The translations under genes and the position numbers were made by a program. Below are positions 27,054-37,081 of a DNA stretch of 64,000 nt, in pieces. The stretch is from Euglena gracilis (taxonomy: Eukaryota): contig CP154954.1 in the NCBI GenBank assembly GCA_039621445.1, forward strand, positions 46,603,847 through 46,667,846, given 5' to 3'. The notes under the pieces were generated by a model. It saw only the letters and a list, made by a program, of their open reading frames with translations. It was not told where the DNA came from and searched no databases. Every line of letters starts with the position of its first letter. Within the stretch, counting starts at the first letter, position 1.

Positions 27054-28795
27054 GGGTTAACTAACGCCTCACAACAAATACAACAAATGATGGATGACCG
27101 TTCAGCACCTGTAAGGATTATTGCCACCCCATACATTGATTACATTTTGGTAAGGACTACTTTCGGGGAGGGGGAGGATGTCCTCGAGGCAAACAAAAGG
27201 GTTTTGTGTATGGTTTTGGATTTACTCACCGAGGAAATTTTTGTAGTGGACTCCAAAAAAGCGAAACTATTCATCAATGAAGTGGAACTTTGTGGCCAGA
27301 TTTTTGGGGCATGGCACGCGTTGGCCGGCCCCCGGCAAATTACGCGCCATTGAAAAATGGGAGTGTACCTACAACCTTAACGGCATTAAGGGCTTTCCTT
27401 GGCTTCACAAATTATTACAACACCTACATACACATGGATGCACAAGTGGCGGCACCTTTGCAAGATAGTTTAAAGGTGTCTCAGGAGGAAGGCAAGAAAG
27501 GGAGCAAAAAAAATGCGTTGAATTCGGGGAGGTTGCACACAAAGCATTTGAACAGTTAAAGAAGTGGTTTTTTTCCGGATTAATTCTTCAAAGGGTAGAC
27601 CCCCATGGACCCTTTGCTTTGAGAGTTGATGCGAGTGGGTATGCCGTAGGACAAACTTTGGAACAACTCAAAGAAGGAAACGGCACCCCCCACCCTAAGG
27701 TACTTTGGAGAAGAAAACGGTGCTTGTTGCTTTTATGTCCCGAAAACTCACCGCGGGGCAAAGAAAATGGACCCCCCTGGACCTGGAGACATATGCCATA
27801 ATTTTGGCACTCCAAAAGTGGGAGAGTTGGATCGGTCTGCAACCCGTTTTGGTGTTGACCGATAACCAAAGTTTTGGGGCATGGGCAAAGGAAATGCTCG
27901 ACACCCAAAGTGGACCGGTGGGGAGGAGGGCACGATGGCACCAAATTTTCTCAAAATGCGACTTGAAAGTGGGGTACATTCCGGGGAAGGAAAACACTAT
28001 CGCCGGCATTTTAATTCGGTGAGCGCACCCCGAGTCGCACGCTTTAAGGGACATTAGTAAACACGGATCGGCTGAGGATAAGAGGGAAATGGAGGAGCTC
28101 ATAAGAGAGGAGAGTGAAGATGAGAAAAATTGCTTGTTGGTCAAGTTCAAAAATCAGCCCATCGCTCGTAACATGTGGATAGGGGGGGGGGGTAACCCGC
28201 AGTGGAAAAGAGGTGGCACCCAATTTTGTGGATGATGCATCAGGGAGGGGTACCGACAGTGTAGAGAGTCCGGGAGGAATAAGCACCACCGAAGACGCTC
28301 ACTGACAAGGGCCTAGGGATTTTTGGTTCGAAAAACGGTAAGAGAAGAGTTACCTTTTGGGATGGAGTGGTCCCTGCGGGAAATTTGGTGACTAGCCCAA
28401 AACTTCCGCCTAATGAGTTACCGAGGGGGAGGGACGGAGAAGGTGTGGCCAACTCCAAGTGCAACCCCCAAGCTAACAAAATGAGTTTGGGAGAGAGATT
28501 GGGTAGTAACGTGTACCGAATGATCTACTTGGAAGGAAATTTGGCTAGCAACTCAAAATGACGGTGAGTGGCCAAATGGTGTGAAATTTCACAAAGACAG
28601 TAAAAAAATATGTTTTTTGAGGAGAGGTTGTGTGTTCCACTTTCTTTTCAAGAATTAATTGTGCAAGAAGTCCATGAATTCTTGGGACATGTTGGTCCCG
28701 AAAAAGTGTGGAATTTAATCATTTTGCGGTACGCGTGGGCTGATGAAAAAAGGGCACTTGTTTTCAACGAAAGCTGTTCCAAAAATTGTGTCACG

Positions 28796-29884
28796 TGTTT
28801 CACACCCGTGCTGCCATGTCCCCCGGCAGCACTGGGGTGAAGTGGAAACCCCCGCCCCGGGCCAGTTTCCGGCGTAGGATCGTTTTTTGGCTCCTCGAGC
28901 CGACTTGTGTCGGAAATTTTTTCCCATTCTGGCCCCCCCTGTGGCCGAAACTGGGCCATCATTTCCAAGGAGGAACTTCCCAGTGGACCCTCCCCGACCC
29001 CTGAGGGGGGTGTCACTGGGATCTCCAAGGGGGGTGCCTTTGGGGTTTCAACCCCTCCCTGCTCAGCTGAACCAGTGAGAGCCAACACCCCCCCTGGGTG
29101 TCATTTCTCACAGTTTCTGGGCCAAAAAGGGGGTTTTGGGGTGAAAAATGGCCTGTGGTTGCCTGAGTTGAGGAGTCCCTCCCCCCTGCCCCTTTTCCCA
29201 CAGATGAGGTGGGGGGAAGACAAACCTCACCTTCTTCAAATGACTGATTGTTTTGTTGATCTTCCATTTGCAATTGAAATTCCAAATTCAATACTTGATT
29301 GTAATTGAATTGCCACAAAAAGTACAATGGTGCAACCGTTAAAGAGGAAAACCCTGTGAAAAGAAAGTGATTTTGATGCCCTTGATGGGCAGTTAAATTT
29401 AGGATTGAGTGCGCTGATTCCTAAGCGCTCTCAAATCCCAAATCCTTGCCCATTGCATCAAAATCAACCAACCCAGGTCAAAATCAAGGTTCCCCCCCTT
29501 GATTTTGATAAATTATGCTGAATTCCATCATTATTGAGCTTTGCAAATCCCTACAAAAACTCCAGGAACTCAGGCGCCAATCTCAGAAAAATCTGTTCCA
29601 ACCGCCTGCAAGCGCTCTCACCAAATCCAACATTTTCCCTTAAAACCAAAGGAAAAATGCAAAAAAAGCTTAAAAATATGCTAAATGGACCCAAAATGAC
29701 CATTTGGGAATACCTAGCGTCACTCAATCTCTCTCCTTGCACAACCAAACCATGGGCGCCCTAGGAGAGGGAATTTTAATGGAAATCTTTAGAAAGCCTT
29801 AAAATTAGAGCTAAACCGCCCTTAAAAAGGCCTTCTAAAGAGGAAAAACTCCGCCGCCCGGCGGTCGACCTCAAAAGGTCGTCA
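28796..29884 (-). repeat. 3' LTR of element B (1089 bp)
   Basis: TG...CA termini and near identity to 40772-41862 (about 20-25 differences counted by eye). Confidence 0.95.
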
Positions 29885-29892
29885 CTCCCCCC
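29885..29892 (-). promoter_or_regulatory. Short polypurine tract of element B
   Basis: GGGGGGAG on minus directly abuts the TG of the 3' LTR. Confidence 0.8.
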
Positions 29893-30244
29893 ATTGCGAC
29901 GAAAGTCGGGGGTTTCACCCCCCCCTCCTTCTCGCTTTCCTTGGGATGGGAAGGAAAGACACTTTGAATTTTTGCAACGCAATTGCGACAACATTGTTCG
30001 GCAACGTGCATAGGTGGTGGCGTAACGGTGAGGAGGAATCTATAACCCATAGATCCCGTTCCACCACACCGAGCCCCCCCCCCACGGTTTTCACCACCGT
30101 GAAGGAAATGGGGGCCCAACACCACTCAAAAAAATCCTTTCTTGCATGGATAAAAATCAGCCCCCCCCCACGGTATTCCCAACCGTGAAGGGGATGGAGG
30201 GTCCATTATCACCAAAAATCCTTTCGGTGATAGATGAAAATCAG

Positions 30245-30535
30245 CCCCCCCCCCGAGGGGAAGGCCTTGGGGAAAAGCTTGCCCCCCCCCCGGTGAGAGG
30301 AGGGCTTGACTTGCCCCCCCCCCCCGAGGGGAAAGACTTGGGGAAATGATTCTCCCCCCCCGGTGAGAGGAGGGCTTGACTTGCCCCCCCCCGAGGGGGA
30401 AGACTTGGGGAAATGATTGCCCCCCCCCCCCCCTGGCGAGAGGTGGGCTTGACTTGCCCCCCCCCGAGGGGAAAGCCTTGGGCAACCGCCCCCCCCCCCC
30501 AGGCAAAGGGAGGGCTTGCCTTGCCCCCCCCCGCT
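30245..30535. repeat. ~60-65-bp minisatellite (about 4 copies) with long C/G runs in the 3' region of B
   Basis: Unit approximately Cn-GAGGGGAAAGACTTGGGGAAATGATT-Cn-GGTGAGAGGAGGGCTTGACTTG. Confidence 0.85.
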
Positions 30536-31802
30536 GGCTGGGAGGTTGAAAAAGACAATTCATTACCTTTTTTTTTTAGAAGAAATAACATAGCCCCCCC
30601 CCCCCCCGATCAAGCCGACCGGGGTTTCGGGCTCCACTTGCCCAAAGGTGGGGGGTATGATTGTACAACCCAATCAAACCGATTGGAGAAAAGGACTCCC
30701 CCACGACTGTCACCGACCCGTGAGCAGGGAGAAATGAAAAATTACAGATTCCTCTTTCTTGAAAACAGGTGCGAAAACAGGTGTAGTGGTCAGAGCGAGT
30801 TGCAAACGGCAGACGGCAAAGTTACCATCTCCGCATGTTCATACATCAACTCCACCTCCTCGTCCATCAATACCAAAAATCAGCTGCTTCAGGCTTGTTG
30901 ATGGACCTGAGTAGGCAGACGAAACGGGACCACACCAAAAATACAACCAAAATCCCAATAATACAACAATACACCATCACCAATGGATAAATTCAACACC
31001 ATGACGGTGGACGGGCAATAATGCCCCCAAGTGGTGATGGTCGCCAAAGCCATTGACTCGACAATTTTTGTTGTTGTTCAAGTCGATGGGCTTCGGCGTC
31101 TTCCTTGGGTGCCGGTTTGCCTTCCCTTAGTGTGGTGGCAAACCATGCACACCGAAAATTTAGCAATGTGGCTTAGCCCAGCCAAACCGACGGGGCAACC
31201 TCAAAGCCACATTGTTATTAACCCCCCCTCCAATACTTGGAGAAGGTTGTCAAAAGAACAAACCCTCGGTTGTGCTTCCGGTGGTTTGTCCTCTTTAAGA
31301 ATTTTTGGTGAAACTTCCAAACCGGAATCCACCCACAACAACATAAACAAAACGGGTGGCAATCATGCACTCATTCAACGTTTCGCTTTTGTTGTTGTTG
31401 GCAATCTCCCTTCCCGTTCCAGGGTGGGATCCTTTGTTTGGAAATCACCCACCCGTGCAAAAAATAAGATCCCGGGCTAGTTTCCGCCTAGCCACGAGAA
31501 TCTTTCGTTCACCCGTGAAATCATTTCACGGGAGTTCAATGGAAAATGACAGAAAAAACAACGGGGCAATGAAATATCCTCGATTGCCCACACCATTCTC
31601 ACCCAAACCAGGGTGTGGTGGTGTTTGAAGATTTCAGGGAGAAATAAAAAATGAAATCAATGACGAGGAAACTCCCGTCATTTTCCCAGGGCCTCAGCCC
31701 TGTGATGGTGTCCACCTGCATCTGTGAAGGGGCATAGAGTGGGACCTCCCCCTCCCCAGGCAACCACCCCGGGCCCTTTTCACCTCTCCTTTCCCCCTTT
31801 TC

Positions 31803-32720
31803 TCAGGTTGCCGTTGCCTTTAAATCCTTAGAGACATCCAACGGCAACACTTTTCCCAGGCAATACGCTATTACGTCACTATTATACTCCTGGAAAAAAT
31901 GTTCCACCGGTTCCCAATTCTCCTCCTCAAACCCTTGCCACTTCGTTAAGAAAAACATTTTTCCCTTAACGAACTTGTGGTTTAGGATTTTATCCACTAA
32001 CCAGGTATCTGAGGCACCTTCCGCCTCAGGTACCGTCCGCCGGTGGAAAAATAGGGGGATAGGCTTATCAGATGTGGGGTCCTCCACATACACCTTCAAA
32101 GCCTTCCGATGGGCCTTCATAATATAGTCCGGTTTAACCTCAATTAGGTAGGAGTGAATTCCCTCCCTCGCGGTAACCTTGCAAGGGCCCAACCAACGGG
32201 AATCCAATTTTGTGCCACTATCGGGGGGTCTCAGGTACCACACCAGATTCCCCACCTCCAATGGCTCCCAACCGTCTAAACCACGGTTGGCCCGAGCACA
32301 TTGCTTGGCATGCAAATTATTCATTTTGCCAGCCACTACCAAATCAGTTTCTCTTTGCCGAGAGAAAAATGATCTGGCATCTTCACAATCCCTTAACGGT
32401 TCATAAGGTAAACCACCCAATGAACGGTGTCGACCGAACAAGATTTGAAATGGGCTTAGGCCACTCTCCCCCGGCGTATCATGGATACGGTCTAGTGCTT
32501 GGGGGAGGGCTTCAACCCAATTCAACTTGTCCTCAACCTGAATTTTCTTAAGCCGTTCCATTATTTGTTGGCCAGCCCTCTCCGCCCTACCATTAGCCTG
32601 GTGATGGTAGGCCTGGGAATAGGCTTGCCTAATTCCCATCAAGGCACACATTGTCTGCCACCAACCGGCGACAAAATGTGAGCCTAGATCGGAAGTAATA
32701 ATGGATGGGACACCAAAGGT
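31803..32720 (-). CDS. pol: Integrase catalytic core/C-terminus plus chromodomain (element B)
   Basis: FGVPSIITSDLGSHF, ANGRAERA, KLDSRWLGP (GPY/F-like). Chromodomain WLVDKILNHK...FLTKWQGFEEENWEPVEH at ~31860-32003. Separated from upstream pol by a 1-nt frameshift at ~32723. Confidence 0.92.
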   Translation of the reverse strand, partial: TFGVPSIITSDLGSHFVAGWWQTMCALMGIRQAYSQAYHHQANGRAERAGQQIMERLKKIQVEDKLNWVEALPQALDRIHDTPGESGLSPFQILFGRHRSLGGLPYEPLRDCEDARSFFSRQRETDLVVAGKMNNLHAKQCARANRGLDGWEPLEVGNLVWYLRPPDSGTKLDSRWLGPCKVTAREGIHSYLIEVKPDYIMKAHRKALKVYVEDPTSDKPIPLFFHRRTVPEAEGASDTWLVDKILNHKFVKGKMFFLTKWQGFEEENWEPVEHFFQEYNSDVIAYCLGKVLPLDVSKDLKATAT

Positions 32721-34144
32721 CTCCAAGCATGCAACAGCATTTGCTTGGCTGCCTTGGCTCCCGTAAATCCTTTTGCTAGGTGGGGGATCGCCACTATCCA
32801 ACCGGAGTGACGATCCACACACACAAGCATGGAGTCGTAAGAATTGCCTTCCCACTCCACGAGAGGCATGCTAAACATGTCAAGGGCCACCGAATACATT
32901 ACGGCTGGGGGTATGGGTGTAGATTCCACTAAACCCTTAAGACTCGCCGGCCTTCGGCACGCTTGGCAAGTCCCACAAAGGCCCATGACTCCTTTAGCAA
33001 AATCTCGAGCGAGTGAGGAATCAGCCCAATCATACCTAAGGGACATGCATTCCCATAGCCTTGGGAATCCCACATGCCCTTGGTATGAGTGGTGATCTCG
33101 AATGAGTTTTTCTTGGAGAGATTTGGGCACACAAAGCCTCTCCTCGAAAAACATTTTGTCACCAAAAACTTTGATATTTTCAGGCCACGGCACCTTTGAA
33201 TCCTGGGTAGCGTGAAAAAATGGTGACCAACGGGGACATTTTAAATATTCCTCCCTCCACGATAAATACCACACAGAACCAGGGGGGATGGGTGAGGAAT
33301 CGGTTGTAGAAGTGGCTTCCCCACCCTCACCACTCAAACCACCTGAAGACAACACAGGTGATTCTCGGTCTGCCCCAGGTACCTCAGTGGTAGCCGCGGC
33401 AGCAGGGTCAGGGGTTGGCGTCGTTGGCGAAGCTGGTATAGAAGTGGGTGTCAATCGAAAATGCTCCCCCCTTGGCTCTTGGACCTCCTCCACAAGACTT
33501 GTCTCATTCCCAAACTCGTCAACCCGAGTTGAGAATGAAACATGTTTTCCTTTTTCTCCCTTGGGGGTGGAGGTTGAACCCAAACCCTGGGGTTTTGTTC
33601 CTCCAAGTGGTTCTGACTTCCTATCCCCCGGTCGTGTGCACCGTCCACTCGCGTCCCCGGACCCCGTGGTAGCACCACCCCGTGTGGTGACTCCACGAAT
33701 GTATGTGTTGGCTGTGGTTGGTTGGTCCACCAACCGTAGCCACATACATTCGGCTTCCTCCATTTTTTCGGTTTGAATGATTTCCCTCATTTCCTCGGTG
33801 TCAAGGGCTGACCCATGCCTTGAAATGTCCTTCAAGGCTTGGGAGGCCGGGTAAGCCCATCTCGACAACAAATCGGCTACGGTATTCTCCCGCCCCGGGA
33901 TATACCCAACCGACAGATCAAATTTTGATAAAATCTGATGCCACCTAGCCCTTCTCCCAATGGGACCACTTGGTGTGTCTAGAACCTCTCTAGCCCAGGA
34001 TTCTAGAGCCTTGTGGTCCGTGAGAACCAGGACGGGCTGCAGCCCAATCCATGATTCCCACTTTTGTAAGGCTAGGATTATGGCATAAGTCTCCTGTTCC
34101 CTAGGTGCCCAGTTTCTTTGGCTGCCCGTTAGCTTCCTACTCAT
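32721..34144 (-). CDS. pol: RNase H C-terminus, low-complexity linker and integrase Zn-finger/N-core (element B)
   Basis: REQETYAIILAL, LTDHKAL, NTVADLLSR, HHSYQGH...CGTC, VALDMF. Confidence 0.92.
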
Positions 34145-35674
34145 GAACTCATGAAGGCGACAGGCACGGTACGCTTGGCCCGTACGTCTTCAGGAGTAGG
34201 AGCCCTGTCCTCCCCAACCAATTGTTCAAGGGTGGCACCAACCGCATACTGGCTGGCATCCACTCTTAAAACAAATGGTTTGTCTGGCTTAACGTGTTGT
34301 AAAATTAATTCACTGCACAACAGTGATTTAATTTTTTCAAATGCCTCAATGTCGGATGGTTCCCAAGAAATTCTTTTCTTGGAACCCTTCTTGCCGTCCA
34401 CTCGAGAAACTTTGAGCTTATCCTGAAGGCAAGCGACAATGTGGGCATAATCCTTCACATAGGAGCTGTAAAAATTTGTGAACCCCAGAAAAGCACGTAG
34501 ACCCGTGATTGTTTGGGGTAGCTCCCATTTTTCAATGGCCATAAGCTTTCCAGGGGATGGTTTTCTCACCCCACCACCCAGAACATGGCCACAAAACTCA
34601 ACTTCTTTTACGAAAAGACGGCATTTTCTTTTGTCAGCTACAAATCTGTCTTTTCGTAAAACTTCAGGGACTCTTCGCAAATCCTTGTCGTGTGCTGCGA
34701 GTAAATCCTCACCAGGACCCACTCGAGCTCCAATCAAAATGTCTTCGATGTAAGGATCGGCCACGTCCCCCACCGGGAAGAGGCGATCCTCCATCATTTG
34801 CTGAAACTGCTGGCTTGTGTTTGTTAGACCCATCACATTAACCCTCCACTGAAAAAGACCGAGGGGGGTACTGCAACATGTGATGGGCCGGCTTTCCGGG
34901 TCCAACGGCTGTTGGTGGAAAGCCTGCCGTAAATCCAAGATGGAAAACATCATGTTTCCACCTTGTTTTACCAGGAGGTCTTCAATTACGGGAAGGGGGT
35001 AGGACACACGCCTAGTTTGACTGTTAGGCCCCCGCATGTCTACCACTCCCCTCCATTCGCCTCCTTTTTTTCGGCACCACAAATGTTACGGACAGCCGTT
35101 TTGAAACTGTTCCCTTGGGCAAACGCTCAACAAATTTCCGGTCCCACCATTCCTGGGGGACCTTTTTGTGAGCTTCAAATCTTTCACCGTGTAAGACAAA
35201 GGGTTTTTGCCGTGTGGGTACAGCCCCCTCCTTCAGAGGAATCTGGGCGTAACCATAAGGTCCCCGAACGGGAGGGTCGGGGGGTACCTCCGTACCCAAC
35301 ATCTCCCCTTCAAAATCCTGAAAAATTTTATCCCGAAATGCTACCACCCTGGGGTCCTCCTTCTCACCCGAGTCGCGAGCCTGGATTATGGCATTCACTG
35401 CCTTGTCCTCGGCTGGCGATTCGGTGAGATGCTTGGCTATGGTATGCAATTCCTTCTTGCCAAGGAATTTTGGTTGCATATCAAAGCCTTGCAAGGGTAG
35501 GTGCAAATTCATTTTTTGCAGGTCCAACCACACTTTTTCATTTTCAAGGGACTCCGTGGTTGGTGCGTTTTCAGGGGATTCTCCGAAGTCAGAAACCACA
35601 ACCCCAATTCTTTTTTGTGAATTGTGTTTTTTCTTCCCCTTATGGGATTTCCGTTTCTGATTTCTTGATCCCAC
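34141..35674 (-). CDS. pol: Reverse transcriptase and RNase H N-terminus (element B), frameshifted
   Basis: PPVRGPYG, WRGVVDMRGPN, LDLRQAFHQ, VMGLTN, YIED (catalytic YIDD altered), LRAFLGFTNFY, VDASQYAVG. ORFs 35024-35674 and 34141-35082. Confidence 0.93.
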
Positions 35675-35689
35675 CCGTTCAAGAAAGTC

Positions 35690-36070
35690 AGATTAGGATT
35701 GTCAAAAACCAAGGCCTTATGGTGTGGGAAAACACCCAAACCATGTTCGGCTAACCATGGAAACGATAATATAGCATCTACCTCAATATCCGCGAGGTAG
35801 AATTCCCCTTCGAGGTACAAGGCCTGGGTGCCCCCCTGCCCCGTACCCCTACGTTGAAATCCCAACTCCAACTTAATACACTGGTCGCCCCCCAAAACAC
35901 ATTGGCCGTTGGCAGCCACCAGCCGAACTGGCATTCGCGGTGACCTGGCCAAATGTCTTGGGACGATGGACCTTTTGACCAGGTTCACCTGGGCTCCCGT
36001 GTCAACCAAAATTCTGAGCTGCCTGGCATCTCCGTTAGGGAGATACGTCTGCAATAGCATCAAAAGTTGC
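35690..36070 (-). CDS. Aspartic protease domain (element B), in the same ORF as the DNMT
   Basis: ILVDTGAQVNLV (DTGA at 36003-35992) and VDAILSFPWL in ORF 35509-37236. Confidence 0.92.
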
Positions 36071-36213
36071 AGCTCGTTTTCAATGTGCAACACCTGATTA
36101 ACCTTCAAGGTGTTGGCCAGATGACAGCAACGGTCTGGAATTTCCCATTCCTCAAAATGCTGGGAATTTTGGGAAATTTCTTTGGGCTGGCCCCCCAGGA
36201 TATCCCCAGCACT

Positions 36214-36807
36214 TAGGAGATAATCAATCACCAGGGGGGTTATCCTTCCTTTTTGTCGGGCGGTAAACTTCATTTTTCTGCCCCCCAACAATTCACGGTG
36301 CCGGAACTGCCCATTGTCCCCCATCACCAGGTAAGGGCACGATTCGCCATCACACAACACCGACCGTAATTGTGAAATGGCTGGGCAGCACCAAAAACGT
36401 GTGGGCTTTTTATAACCCCAATCTGAAAACTGACAATAATCAATGTCGATATAGGGCAGGTTTTTCACCACCTCCCTATTTCGCAAAAGACCAGTGCGGG
36501 GGTTCTCCAACCACCACAACTTGGGCTGAAAATAATTTATAATTTCCAGGGCTTTCTCCACCAGGGCATCCGCCTGGGAGAAATCCCTTGGTCTGGGGTT
36601 ATAAGCCGTGGAATAAATATTACAGGGGGGACTAGCGGCAATAACCTCAAAAAATCCAACCGGGTATCGCCTGTAGTCCCAGGTCAAAATGTCTGTGTGG
36701 GGGTGGAAGTCCGTCCAAGGAGCATTTTCAATTGACAAAACTTCATACCCCCGTTCTGCCAACCGCCTCCTCACTGAATCTGTGCCAGCAAATAAATCTA
36801 ATGCCTG
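36214..36807 (-). CDS. C5 cytosine DNA methyltransferase domain (~198 aa), uninterrupted, fused N-terminal to the protease
   Basis: Motif I ALDLFAG, II LSIE, III TDI, IV IAASPPC (36633-36622), VI WWLENP, DYCQF...YKKPTRFW (VII-VIII-like) and a C-terminal motif X-like RITPLVIDYLL. Confidence 0.92.
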
Positions 36808-37081
36808 AGGTCGCTGGGCTGATGGTGGGGAGTTGGGCTGTGGCAGGTTTGTATGCAAAATGGGAACCCTTGAACATTTCCCTTCCCTCCAGGAGTATCG
36901 GGTCCGATTCAAAAATCTGGGGGGCTGATCCAAAGAATGTTTCTCACCACACCCCGAATCAGCCATAAAATCCTGTACACCCCAGTTTTTTGAATCAGAA
37001 ATATTTACACCGTTTTCCTCACAGGGGGGAGAGACACGGCCATGGGCAGCCCCCCCCCTTCTCAAACTGCCCCTGGCCCCC

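Larger units (their letters stand above)
26130..28022 (+). pseudogene. pol: Reverse transcriptase-RNase H of element C, disrupted by solo LTR, stops and frameshifts
   Basis: PPVRGPYG, FLDLKQAFHQQ, WRVNVMG|LTNASQQ across the insert, YIDY in place of YIDD, LRAFLGFTNYY, VDAS, LVLTDNQ. Confidence 0.9.
20551..28795 (+). mobile_element. Element C sub-unit C3 with continuation: gag-DNMT-PR-RT-RNase H-integrase N-terminus (resumes at 41863)
   Basis: RT LDLKQAFHQ and YIDY, RNase H VDASGYAVG and ETYAIILAL, integrase Zn-finger HEFLGH...CVT cut by element B. Confidence 0.9.

Noticed and set aside
30245-30535. CRISPR-like array
   Set aside because: Units are homopolymer-variable tandem repeats without unique spacers, there are no cas genes, and the context is a eukaryotic TE.
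30413-31628. env-like gene in the 3' region of B
   Set aside because: Only short antisense ORFs, with no convincing long ORF combining signal peptide, cleavage site and transmembrane anchor.
36214-36807. Bacterial restriction-modification system or contamination
   Set aside because: The methyltransferase is in frame with a retroviral-type protease inside an LTR element with PBS, PPT and TSD, and there is no endonuclease or operon context.
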